A stretch of DNA of 64,000 bases from an uncultured Bacteroidales bacterium (GTDB lineage: Bacteria; Bacteroidota; Bacteroidia; Bacteroidales; F082): NCBI GenBank assembly GCA_900315175.1, contig OMYA01000011.1, positions 64 through 64,063 of the forward strand, in the 5' to 3' direction. Below, in pieces: positions 1 to 8,759 of this stretch. The position numbers were made by a program, and so were the translations under genes. A model generated the notes under the pieces. The model searched no databases. It saw only the letters and a program-made list of their open reading frames with translations, and was not told the origin of the DNA. Position 1 is the first letter of the stretch, and the number at the start of each line of letters is the position of its first letter.

Positions 1-100
1 TACTAATCAAATATATTCCTGAGGGAAAATCAGTCACACCGCTCTCGAGAGCCTTGACGGCATTCACCATCTCGCTCTCATTGTGAATCTTCTTTTTCAT
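1..100 (-). CDS. hypothetical protein, first 33 codons only (continues beyond window start)
   Basis: ATG at 100..98, frame open to position 1 (MKKKIHNESEMVNAVKALESGVTDFPSGIYLIS); promoter motif 17 nt upstream; too short for the ORF track. Confidence 0.35.
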   Translation of the reverse strand, partial: MKKKIHNESEMVNAVKALESGVTDFPSGIYLIS

Positions 101-117
101 TCTTCCTCCTTATATTG

Positions 118-125
118 CAAAATTA
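118..125 (-). promoter_or_regulatory. Bacteroidota -7 promoter motif TAnnTTTG
   Basis: TAATTTTG on minus strand, 17 nt before ATG at 100. Confidence 0.4.
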
Positions 126-235
126 AACTTTTTTGTCTAATCCACAACTGTCCTTTTTTTAGGGAAGGGGACAACACAACAAAGCATTAGAAAGGCAATA
201 GTATTACAAAACTTTAGCTTCATATACATATTTTT

Positions 236-859
236 TTAAAACATATAGCCTAAGCCAATATTAAAACTATGATATTCTTGTTTGTAGGGGAGTATTAATT
301 CAAAAGCGGAATCTAAATCGACTTTTGGATGGCATTTATAATAATTGAAATTATATGATGTAAAAATCATCCATCTGCTGATTTCATACCCCAATCGAAC
401 TCCAGGACTAAGCATAAAAAAAGTATCATATTTTGTTTTATAACTATCATAATCTTCGGATAGTTTATATCGTGCAAATCCAACACCAGCAGCAATATAT
501 GGAGTGATATTAAATGCGGAAATATTAAATTTATAACCCAAAGACAACATCAATGAATGATTTCCTTCTGTGCAAGGTATATTATCAATACCGTTTAATT
601 CATAAATATAATAGTTGATATGTTTGAAATAGTAGCCTGCACCAACCATAAATCCATCATCAAGAAAACGGTTATAAACCAAGTCTATCGTTGGACTAAA
701 ATCTTTTATCTGGTATGATTTGTCCTGCGTTATTGTATAAGAACCTAATCCTAAATAAACCACGTTGTTGTGTTTTTCCTGTTGTGCGTTAGATAACAGG
801 GATAGTCCCAATATGGTTGTCAATAGATAATATTTTGAAACCAATTTTGTTTTCATCAT
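236..859 (-). CDS. outer-membrane beta-barrel protein (porin-family-like)
   Basis: Signal peptide (LSLLSNAQQ), alternating aromatic/Gly beta-strand pattern, C-terminal GLGYMF; paralog of the partial ORF at 63515..64000. Confidence 0.6.
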   Translation of the reverse strand: MMKTKLVSKYYLLTTILGLSLLSNAQQEKHNNVVYLGLGSYTITQDKSYQIKDFSPTIDLVYNRFLDDGFMVGAGYYFKHINYYIYELNGIDNIPCTEGNHSLMLSLGYKFNISAFNITPYIAAGVGFARYKLSEDYDSYKTKYDTFFMLSPGVRLGYEISRWMIFTSYNFNYYKCHPKVDLDSAFELILPYKQEYHSFNIGLGYMF

Positions 860-895
860 TTATCTCCTTTTAATTCGTCAATTTGTTTTTCAAGT

Positions 896-1540
896 TCAAT
901 CACATAAAGCGTAAACTCTTCCACTTTTTGCATTCAATTTGCCATCTGTTCCTACTGTTACAATTTTTGTGGTGTTTCCTGCAAGATTTCCGAAAGACAC
1001 ATCCCCAGTGACATTTAATGTTTCTGTTTGTAATGAGGTGGTTTTGGCAGAACCTGCCACCTCGAGTTTGCATGAAGGGGTTTTTGTCCCGATGCCGACT
1101 TTGCCGGTATAATTCGCGCTTGATGCTGCCGAGATAGTCAATGTGGGCTGCTGGCTATTTACTCCCATCATGATTCCAGCGACCGAATTGGTCAAAGGTA
1201 ATGCTGAGGTAAAACCCTTACCTAGCACAAAAGAATTCTCCCCAGAAGCTTTAACAAAATTTCCAAACGCCCCGGAATAGTTTCCTAAAGCCCTCGCTTC
1301 ACGCCCTAAAGCCGTTGAAGTATGCCCCGATGCTTCAGATCCATAACCGCTAGCGAACGAATTATAGCCTGTCGCAGTTGTGGAATTTCCTATATTTGAT
1401 GAAACTTTTGATTGCGAAGAACTGCCTCCGCTTACATGGATTCCATTGTCAGAGCCAACCTGAGCGTTAACTACTTGCCCTAAGAGAAGAGCCATACATA
1501 ATACAATGATGTTTTTAATATTACCTAATTGATTTTTCAT
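896..1540 (-). CDS. secreted protein with YadA-head/tail-fibre-like Gly/Ser/Ala repeats
   Basis: Signal peptide ending VNAQ; degenerate repeats GYNSFASGYGSEASGHTSTALGREARALGNYSGAFG...ASGENSFVLG; motif GKVGIGTKTPSCKLEVAG resembles Bacteroidota tail-fibre-domain proteins. Confidence 0.45.
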   Translation of the reverse strand: MKNQLGNIKNIIVLCMALLLGQVVNAQVGSDNGIHVSGGSSSQSKVSSNIGNSTTATGYNSFASGYGSEASGHTSTALGREARALGNYSGAFGNFVKASGENSFVLGKGFTSALPLTNSVAGIMMGVNSQQPTLTISAASSANYTGKVGIGTKTPSCKLEVAGSAKTTSLQTETLNVTGDVSFGNLAGNTTKIVTVGTDGKLNAKSGRVYALCD

Positions 1541-1590
1541 GATTTATGTGTTTGATTTTTTAGTTATTTTTGAACCTGATTATTTTTAAG

Positions 1591-3087
1591 CTATTCTTTT
1601 ATAAACTTGTTTTTTACAACATCTTTTTCAGTGTTGTAAATGGTGTAGACATATATGCCGGGCTTTAGTGACGAAACACCCACGGTGAGCACATTGCCTT
1701 CTCCTCGTATTATACGGTCCATGCAAATGCACCCCAATGCATCGGTAACCCGAATCCTGTATTCTTTGTTCTCTGGCAAATCTGAAATGTCGATATTCAA
1801 TTCGCCTTTTGTGGGATTAGGAAACACCGTTGCCTTGATTTTCTCCTTCGGCACCTCACTTACACTGCAAAGAATAGGGTTGAAGTCCTCACGCGACATT
1901 TTTATTATCTTGCCGGGTGTATAGTGATTGATCGACCCGTCAGAATATATTGAAACAATGACACACCCTCCATCAACATGAGGCAATATGAAGCATGGCA
2001 CATAATTAATGTGTTCCTCATCAACAAAAACATAGTTGCCAAGGACTTCCATGTCTTTATCAAACAGACAAACGCTAATGTGGAAAGGACCCGAATACAT
2101 GTTTTCTGTGGAATAATAGGAACCATAGATGGTTGTATCATTGGCAAAAGCTGAATTATCATATAGGCCACTTGCAATGTGATAAGGCGAAAAGTCGCCA
2201 TGGATCGTATCCAATCTAGGTACCCCTCCGCTCAGTTTCACATCAAGCAATCCTATAGTGCGCGATTGATCGTTCATCGGTTTTAATGTTCCGAAAACCA
2301 GCAGGTCGTCATCCGAGAGCCAGCAGCATGAACTGTATTGGGCGGAAAGCAACGAGAAGTCATTATGCATCCAAATATTGCTAATGTAGTTAAAATCATA
2401 ATCGTAGCAAATGAGAGAAGGGAGGCCGTTTCTTCCTTTTCCCATCAAAATAAATCCGTCATTCTGAGGATTCTTAAGAATCTGATGGCATTCGACATCA
2501 TTTAAATAGTACTCTGGATCTGGCTTTTCTGCCATGACATAACGGCAGCTCAGGGTATCGGCGTTTTCATCAAACCGATACATAAATGGACGTGCGTCAA
2601 AGTTCGTATATACTGCAGGAAACCATGCCTCCCCTGCCATAACCACCGTGCCGTCATCGTCAAGAAGAAGCCGCCCTCCATGAATCGAGAGAGCGGTTTC
2701 TGCCTTTTCGTAGCGTTTGCTATTTACTATATCCAAATTGGCATCAAGCACCATCACCACCACGGCTTCTTTCGAAGCGATGCCTGCCGTAAAGTAATTG
2801 CCGTTGGGCAGTTGAACAACATCTGTCAGCATCAACCCATCAAAGCCATTTTGATAATCGCATTCTAGATGAGCACCATTGGGTTCAATACGCATCGCAA
2901 TCGGATGATAATTTGGATATACAGAAGCACATCCACCAACCAGAATAGCATTTCCTTCCAGGTCGGTGATACCGTGGCTAAACTGGGTGAAACTCTGTGT
3001 ATCTCCATAATCTATTTCCCATTGCTGGGCACGGAGTGGGGCGTGTAGAATTAATAGAAAAGCAACTGAAAAGACGATATTTTTCAT
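1591..3087 (-). CDS. T9SS C-terminal-sorting-domain secreted protein, function unknown
   Basis: Signal peptide (HAPLRAQQ); C-terminal ~80 aa VFPNPTKGELNIDIS...LKPGIYVYTIY matches the T9SS type A CTD pattern. Confidence 0.75.
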   Translation of the reverse strand: MKNIVFSVAFLLILHAPLRAQQWEIDYGDTQSFTQFSHGITDLEGNAILVGGCASVYPNYHPIAMRIEPNGAHLECDYQNGFDGLMLTDVVQLPNGNYFTAGIASKEAVVVMVLDANLDIVNSKRYEKAETALSIHGGRLLLDDDGTVVMAGEAWFPAVYTNFDARPFMYRFDENADTLSCRYVMAEKPDPEYYLNDVECHQILKNPQNDGFILMGKGRNGLPSLICYDYDFNYISNIWMHNDFSLLSAQYSSCCWLSDDDLLVFGTLKPMNDQSRTIGLLDVKLSGGVPRLDTIHGDFSPYHIASGLYDNSAFANDTTIYGSYYSTENMYSGPFHISVCLFDKDMEVLGNYVFVDEEHINYVPCFILPHVDGGCVIVSIYSDGSINHYTPGKIIKMSREDFNPILCSVSEVPKEKIKATVFPNPTKGELNIDISDLPENKEYRIRVTDALGCICMDRIIRGEGNVLTVGVSSLKPGIYVYTIYNTEKDVVKNKFIKE

Positions 3088-3099
3088 GGTTGTTGTAGA

Positions 3100-3373
3100 T
3101 TAAAGGTCATCGAAACCAATCACATCATCGTTAACATAGTCTAAAACTCCATATGTGACTTTCGTGACATGTTTATGATAATAGGGCTCGTGTTGTTGAC
3201 CTTCGTAGTAAACTATAGCAGACTCGACATAATATCTTCCAAATGAATATATTGCGTTAAGGCTGAATTCGTTCGATGTCGGGTCCCTGCGCCACGGCTA
3301 TTACAGAATTGCCGATTTCATTGTTGTTTTTTACAATTTCGTTTTTCTTGCACTGGCTCAATACGAGCATCAT
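3100..3373 (-). pseudogene. possible frameshifted small lipoprotein gene
   Basis: ATGATG at 3373 gives MMLVLSQCKKNE... (36 aa, stop at 3263). The upstream in-frame codons read KSILLIAVA but are preceded by TAA. A second frame continues YSFGRYYVESAIVYYEGQQHEPYYHKHV...GFDDL to the stop at 3100. The two pieces are out of frame (span of 274 nt). Confidence 0.3.
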
Positions 3374-3433
3374 AGCAACTGCAATTAATAAGATTGATTT
3401 TTATATTTTTTTGTTTTAATGTTATTTTCTGTG

Positions 3434-3441
3434 CAAAGATA
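3434..3441 (-). promoter_or_regulatory. -7 promoter motif TAnnTTTG
   Basis: TATCTTTG on minus strand, upstream of the 3373 ORF and possibly of the whole 3373->236 gene string. Confidence 0.4.
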
Positions 3442-3627
3442 CAATAAATATCCGATGATGTCAGCAAAAAAGTAGTGAGGAATTTTTGAGGCTTCAATGA
3501 GTATGAATATCAATCGTTTATATGGTTTCTGGTAATTTATTTTTGCAGTCTAATTTATGACTGTCCTAAAAAGGGGAAGTTTACATAGATTTGATTTTAC
3601 CATCAAATATGGTTAAAGAATAAGATT

Positions 3628-4761
3628 CTATTTCCATCTCACCTTTGCAAACATCCCCGCAATCGCAGTAAACACTACGTAAAACGGATAGATAAACTCA
3701 AGTGGCAAGGTCCAGAACTTGAGTTTTTTCTGTTTCATGAAAGCCGAGATTCGCCTGATGATAGGATAGTCGATGAGGGTTTTCATGATGACGTAAAGCA
3801 CGTAAAATGCCCAGAAAACCGGCATGAAGAAGCCAGCCACAAAGAAAAAGACGATGCTCAGATTGAACAAAAACACCGTTAATGCCGTGGCGATGATTTT
3901 CCAGTTGGTGTAAGCCTTAGTCTTCGAGGTCCAGCGGGTGCGCTGACGGAAAAACGCCTTGAGATTCGGCATGGTAGCCGTTTTCACAATCACCTCACGG
4001 TTAAGGAAGAAACCTATTGCCTTGCTGCCATATCGCGCGATAAACTGCTCCATCAGAAACATGTCGTCACCCGAAGCGAGTTTCATGTCGGTGCGGTCTT
4101 TCTCCACATTTAATGCAGATTTGCGGTCGTACATCATGTTGGCGCCGTTGCACATCACCGGCATCCCAATGGCAGCGGAACCTGCAGTACTCGCGATGAG
4201 ACTCATGTGCTCAAGCACCTGAAGCTTCTCAAACAAAGTGTCGGCAGGCGACAAAAGCACCGGACCAAGCAGCATTTTCAAGTCCTTCGCAATATAAAAA
4301 GCAAGCATCTTCTCAATCCATTTCGCAGGCAGCTCGCAGTCGGCATCGGTAACAATAACTACCTCATTATCAGCAGCATGCAAGGCTTGTGATATGGCTT
4401 GTTTTTTGCCGGAACCTGTAGCCTTTAACAACTTCAGGCTCATTTCAGGATGAGAGACTTTAAAACTTTCCGATATCCCAAAGGTATCGTCATCTGAATG
4501 GTCATCGACGATTATCACCTCGAAATTCTCTTTGTCAACCGTCTGATTATAAAGCGATTGCAATAGTTTTTCGATGTTTTTGCCTTCATTGCGGGCAGCT
4601 ATCAACACCGAGACTTTCTTTGCCTGTCTTAATATCGCGTCTCTGTTGTAGTTGCGCGACAAAATTGTCAATCCATAGGTGAACGCCCCGATGCAAATCA
4701 GGTAAAGTGCAGCGAATATCATGATGATATTCAATAAGATATGTATTGTTTCAAGACTCAT
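3628..4761 (-). CDS. family 2 glycosyltransferase
   Basis: VSVLIAARNE...EVIIVDDHSDDDT, DxD-like IVTDADC, and QRTRW motif (FRQRTRW) with flanking TM segments. Confidence 0.85.
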   Translation of the reverse strand: MSLETIHILLNIIMIFAALYLICIGAFTYGLTILSRNYNRDAILRQAKKVSVLIAARNEGKNIEKLLQSLYNQTVDKENFEVIIVDDHSDDDTFGISESFKVSHPEMSLKLLKATGSGKKQAISQALHAADNEVVIVTDADCELPAKWIEKMLAFYIAKDLKMLLGPVLLSPADTLFEKLQVLEHMSLIASTAGSAAIGMPVMCNGANMMYDRKSALNVEKDRTDMKLASGDDMFLMEQFIARYGSKAIGFFLNREVIVKTATMPNLKAFFRQRTRWTSKTKAYTNWKIIATALTVFLFNLSIVFFFVAGFFMPVFWAFYVLYVIMKTLIDYPIIRRISAFMKQKKLKFWTLPLEFIYPFYVVFTAIAGMFAKVRWK

Positions 4762-5755
4762 AACTGCTCCTCATGAATTTTAATTTACGAATAAAAAACA
4801 ATCCTATTATCGCTGGAATCGCGAGATTATACAGCCAAAGCATGGTGCTTGCGAAAAACACCATCATTGTGAACGAAGAACTGATTCCCTGCATCGTCAG
4901 CCAAATTTCAAAAACCCCAATACACACAGCGCCACGGACCGCAATTTCGGTGATGGTGATAAACGGTATCACCGTCATCAGCAGATATGTCAACATTATT
5001 GGAATCATGGCTTCAAAATAGTTGAGCGGCACATCGAAAGCCCAAATGAGCAATACGAATTGGAACGAATAAACCATGTATTTCGCCAAAGCCAGCAGCA
5101 AAATAACGACCAAATCATGTTTTGAATAGCTGCTGAAAATCTCCATATATTTCTCAGCCCGCGGACGCCATTTCTTTGGAATCAGGCGTTGGAGATGCCT
5201 TAAAATGTGTATGTTGAAATAAATCAAATATCCTAAAACGATGATTATCAACGATATAATTAAGATATACCAATAATTATCTTCCTGCTTGAAGAAAATC
5301 CATGCGATGCAACCGAAGCTGACGGTGACGAGCATCTGTGCGATATTTCCAACGAAAGTAAGCATTGCCGCCTTGATTCTGTTGCCTTTTTCGAGAATGA
5401 AAATGCGTCCGAGGAAGTCGCCAGTGCGGTTGGGAAACATCATGCCTGCCGTAACACCGGTGAAAATGGCAGTGTAGGCTTTCCCAAATGGCACGTTCTC
5501 GACAGGTAACACCGATTTCTGCCATTTTCTGGTCTCAAAAGCCATGTTGACAGGCATCAAAATGAATGCAAGTGCCATCAGAAGCACATTTTGTATTGAG
5601 GAGAACGATGTTTTTACCGAGCTCCACATCTCCGTAAGGTCTTGATTTTTAATGATTTTCACATAAAGCACCCAACAACCGGCAAGTACAATTAGAATTT
5701 TTATCGCCATTTCAGCGATTTTCTTTATTTTTGCGTTATTGGAATTAGCACTCAT
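4751..5755 (-). CDS. flippase-like / lysylphosphatidylglycerol-synthase-TM-region family membrane protein
   Basis: Polytopic membrane protein overlapping the downstream GT2 gene by 11 nt. Start moved to MSANSNNAK (ATG 5755) because the promoter motif lies 8 nt upstream. Confidence 0.55.
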   Translation of the reverse strand: MSANSNNAKIKKIAEMAIKILIVLAGCWVLYVKIIKNQDLTEMWSSVKTSFSSIQNVLLMALAFILMPVNMAFETRKWQKSVLPVENVPFGKAYTAIFTGVTAGMMFPNRTGDFLGRIFILEKGNRIKAAMLTFVGNIAQMLVTVSFGCIAWIFFKQEDNYWYILIISLIIIVLGYLIYFNIHILRHLQRLIPKKWRPRAEKYMEIFSSYSKHDLVVILLLALAKYMVYSFQFVLLIWAFDVPLNYFEAMIPIMLTYLLMTVIPFITITEIAVRGAVCIGVFEIWLTMQGISSSFTMMVFFASTMLWLYNLAIPAIIGLFFIRKLKFMRSSYES

Positions 5756-5763
5756 TTCGACTG

Positions 5764-5771
5764 CAAAGATA
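5764..5771 (-). promoter_or_regulatory. -7 promoter motif TAnnTTTG
   Basis: TATCTTTG on minus strand, 8 nt before ATG 5755 (near-leaderless). Confidence 0.4.
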
Positions 5772-5778
5772 ATAAATT

Positions 5779-6378
5779 TTGAAAACTGACAGAATAATAT
5801 TAGGCATCGACCCGGGAACAATGGTGATGGGTTACGGTCTCATCCTTCAGAGAGGCAAGGAGCTGAGCATGATACGCATGGGTGTCTTGAAGCTCAGCAA
5901 GCTTGATAATCAAGCACTTAAGCTCCGAAGAATCTTTGAACGCGTTCTCGAAATCATCGATGAATATCATCCTGATGAGCTTGCCATCGAGGCTCCATTT
6001 TTCGGAAAAAACGTGCAGTCGATGCTGAAGCTGGGTCGCGCCCAAGGTGTCGCAATGGCAGCTGCCTTGTATCGCGATATCCCTATTTTTGAATATTCTC
6101 CACGTAAAATCAAGCAGTCGATAACAGGCAACGGCGCCGCATCGAAGGAACAGGTCGCCGCGATGGTGCAGAAACTCTGCAACTTCACCGAGCATCCGGA
6201 TTATCTAGATGCCACCGATGCAATGGCAGCTGCAGTCTGCCACAGCTTCCAAAACCAACTCAATATAGTTGGCGGCACCGACGATCCGAAACTTCCAAAA
6301 ATCCCGAAAGGAAAGAAAAAATTCAACAACTGGGAGATGTTTTTGGAACAAAATCCTAATAAAAGAGTTGAGAGTTAA
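5779..6378 (+). CDS. ruvC: crossover junction endodeoxyribonuclease RuvC
   Basis: RIILGIDPGT..GYG N-terminus, ...LAIEAPFFGKNVQS..., ...DATDAMAAAVCH; apparent TTG start; last codons (RVES*) lie inside the heptamer array. Confidence 0.9.
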   Translation: MKTDRIILGIDPGTMVMGYGLILQRGKELSMIRMGVLKLSKLDNQALKLRRIFERVLEIIDEYHPDELAIEAPFFGKNVQSMLKLGRAQGVAMAAALYRDIPIFEYSPRKIKQSITGNGAASKEQVAAMVQKLCNFTEHPDYLDATDAMAAAVCHSFQNQLNIVGGTDDPKLPKIPKGKKKFNNWEMFLEQNPNKRVES

Positions 6379-6413
6379 GAGTTAAGAGTTAAATATTAAG
6401 AGTTAAGAGTGGA
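6365..6413 (+). repeat. tandem heptamer array (GAGTTAA)n, 7 units
   Basis: gagttga gagttaa gagttaa gagttaa atattaa gagttaa gagtgga; contains the ruvC stop codon; inverted copy at 6818..6858. Confidence 0.9.
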
Positions 6414-6416
6414 GTT

Positions 6417-6779
6417 TTAATTAGTTGATAGTTTTTGAGTTATTGTTTTAGTTGTTGCAGACAGCATTCGTTTGATTTCATCACAATCTTTTTTCAATTT
6501 TAAAAAATCTTCTTTACATATATAATCTGTTTCGTAAAGTAAATCAAGCCAATACAATGTTTCAGATGCTTCTTTCAATGAAATATAAATTTTTGACAGA
6601 AAGTCTTTGATACTCATAGCACATTCTGATTCTGCAATATTAGCACCAATACTTGTTCCACATCTTAAAATTTGTTTTGACAATACATATTCCTTCTTTT
6701 CAGAAACAATTTTCTGGTAAAGATTAATAATGTTTTTAGCAAATAATTTACTTTTAACTTTGGCTGTATTCGATTCCAT
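6417..6779 (-). CDS. four-helix-bundle protein (23S rRNA intervening-sequence protein family)
   Basis: MESNTAKV... with the typical RCGTSIGANIAES and EASETLYWL motifs; start set at ATG 6779; very AT-rich. Confidence 0.8.
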   Translation of the reverse strand: MESNTAKVKSKLFAKNIINLYQKIVSEKKEYVLSKQILRCGTSIGANIAESECAMSIKDFLSKIYISLKEASETLYWLDLLYETDYICKEDFLKLKKDCDEIKRMLSATTKTITQKLSTN

Positions 6780-6817
6780 AAATTTTATGATTAAAAAACA
6801 TATAAAAACTAAAAACC

Positions 6818-6858
6818 TCACTCTCAACTCTCAACTCTCAACTCTTAACTCTTAACTC
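6818..6858 (-). repeat. tandem heptamer array, inverted copy of 6365..6413
   Basis: tcactc tcaactc tcaactc tcaactc ttaactc ttaactc (reverse complement GAGTTAA/GAGTTGA); contains the stop codon of the K+ channel gene (6852..6854). Confidence 0.9.
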
Positions 6859-7613
6859 TTATTTTCAGCTTCTTTTCTACGCTTTTTGAGCTCGTCAAGA
6901 TATCCTGCCGTGATAACACCTGTCGGCAAAGCAATTATAGCAACGCCTAAGAGAGATGAGATAATGGTAACAATTTTTCCGGCATCGGAAACAGGGTAGA
7001 TGTCGCCGTATCCGATAGTGGTCAAAGTTGTTGTAGCCCAATACAAAGCATCTAAAAACGATTCGAAGACCAAACTTCCGTCAGGCAATTGACGATACAT
7101 CTCAACGTTGAACATTATCAATGCTGTCGCAAAGATGTAAAACAACGCGATTCCCAATACCGTCAGCAAAATAACGCGTTCTTTCTTCAAAACATAAAGA
7201 AGCGTCCAGATGCGTTTTGAATAGCGTACCAGACGGATTATTCTGATAAGCATGAACACACGGGCAGCTCGCAAAGCCTTCAGTGATTTATGCAAGAGTC
7301 CTAAAGCCGGCAATATCGAAAGCAAATCGATGATGGCCATCATGGTGAACGGATAGGTTACGAAAGCCACCCATTTTTTCTTTTCAGGATACTTGATATC
7401 GGCCGTAATCCAACGTAAAAAATAGTCGATGATGAATGCTGAGACAGAGATCTTTTCGAACAGATAGAACATGAGCGACGCACCTCTGTACATCAGCGGG
7501 ATAAGGCTGATGATTATCATCAGGAACATGAAAAGGTCATATAGCTTGCTGATAAAAGAAGTGTTTTTTTCGTAGCTCGGCTCAATGATTGATAGTAGTT
7601 TCGCTCTGTTCAT
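6852..7613 (-). CDS. voltage-gated-type potassium channel (ion transport protein)
   Basis: Selectivity filter TTLTTIGYGD; S4-like segment LRAARVFMLIRIIRLVRYSKR; six predicted TM segments. Confidence 0.85.
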   Translation of the reverse strand: MNRAKLLSIIEPSYEKNTSFISKLYDLFMFLMIIISLIPLMYRGASLMFYLFEKISVSAFIIDYFLRWITADIKYPEKKKWVAFVTYPFTMMAIIDLLSILPALGLLHKSLKALRAARVFMLIRIIRLVRYSKRIWTLLYVLKKERVILLTVLGIALFYIFATALIMFNVEMYRQLPDGSLVFESFLDALYWATTTLTTIGYGDIYPVSDAGKIVTIISSLLGVAIIALPTGVITAGYLDELKKRRKEAENKS

Positions 7614-7614
7614 G

Positions 7615-8757
7615 TTACATCAATTTTTGATAAAACTGCCACCATCTGTCAGGCAATTCATTTTGCATCGCCATGTCGTAGTCGGATTTCGAGCAAGGGA
7701 TAAAATGGTCTGAAATCTCCATCCACCATTTGCCGGAGGTTTTATGACACAGGAATATCAGCTCGTCGTAGTTTTCAAGCCTTACAATAAATTTGGTGAA
7801 TTCATCACGATTATCGGAGGTTGGAAAATCGTTATGACGTAGCGAGAAGCCTTCCAGGAAGTACCAAATCATCTCAGCTAAGTTATTGGCACTCTGATAG
7901 TTGACATCATATTTAGGATTGTAGTTGAAGAATCCTATTGACGTAAGTTTAGGGTTCAGGCCGGCGTAACGTGTCATTTTGCATCCGTCTTCGCTGCTGA
8001 AACCATTAGGCGAGCTGCATTTCACGCCTGGCATGTCGGCAGCACAGAAAGCCGCTGCATCAACCGTGATGATATCGGCATTACGAAGCAGAGGCTCTGT
8101 AAGCTCAGCACGGTTCTTTATCGTTCCCAAACGATAGATGTCGAACAGCAGCTGCTTCATCAGGCTAATATTCTCATTATCAATGTAATACGTCTGATAA
8201 CCGATGTTCGTATAGTTGAACAAATAATTCGGCTGATGTAAGATGATATGGCTCAGATACGATTCCGAATTCAGACTTTCGCCTTCTTCACCTATGTCGA
8301 AACGCGGGTCTATCGCGGTGATATTCACCATCTTACCGGTGTTTTCATACACTTGATAGATCGGATATGTCAAGTCCTGACTTCCTCCGATGATGACAGG
8401 CACGATATGATGTTTCAAAAGTGCCAGAAACACCTCGCTCAGCGCGTAGTAGGTGTCCTCAACCCTCAAACCTGACTTCACATTGCCGAGGTCGACGATT
8501 TTCAGGTTGGGCCAGTGGTTAAACAAAGGATATAAGGCGTGGCGGATAGCATCTGGGCCAGCCTTACATCCTTCATTATCAACGGCATAGCGTTCTTCTT
8601 CAACTCCGACTATTGCAATCAGGCAACCTTCCAACTCAGGAAAATCGTCTTCATTTTTAAAGATTGTTATCGTGTTGCCAAGTTGTTTTTTATGTGTCAG
8701 ATGGCAGTTTTCTACGACTTCTTCTTTTACGGGATTGAGAAAAGCGCTGATGTCCAT
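7615..8757 (-). CDS. arginase/formimidoylglutamase-fold family protein with degenerate metal-site motifs
   Basis: GCKAGPDAIRHAL resembles the G.xGPxAIR segment of the family. The positions expected for GGDHS, DAHxD and SxDxDxxDP read GGSQD, DPRFD and TVDAAAFCAAD. Confidence 0.55.
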   Translation of the reverse strand: MDISAFLNPVKEEVVENCHLTHKKQLGNTITIFKNEDDFPELEGCLIAIVGVEEERYAVDNEGCKAGPDAIRHALYPLFNHWPNLKIVDLGNVKSGLRVEDTYYALSEVFLALLKHHIVPVIIGGSQDLTYPIYQVYENTGKMVNITAIDPRFDIGEEGESLNSESYLSHIILHQPNYLFNYTNIGYQTYYIDNENISLMKQLLFDIYRLGTIKNRAELTEPLLRNADIITVDAAAFCAADMPGVKCSSPNGFSSEDGCKMTRYAGLNPKLTSIGFFNYNPKYDVNYQSANNLAEMIWYFLEGFSLRHNDFPTSDNRDEFTKFIVRLENYDELIFLCHKTSGKWWMEISDHFIPCSKSDYDMAMQNELPDRWWQFYQKLM

Positions 8758-8759
8758 TT

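Noticed and set aside
105-110. AGGAGG Shine-Dalgarno-like sequence 4 nt before ATG 100
   Set aside because: It is a single occurrence. Other genes in the window lack such sequences, as expected for Bacteroidota, and the spacing is short, so it is probably coincidental.
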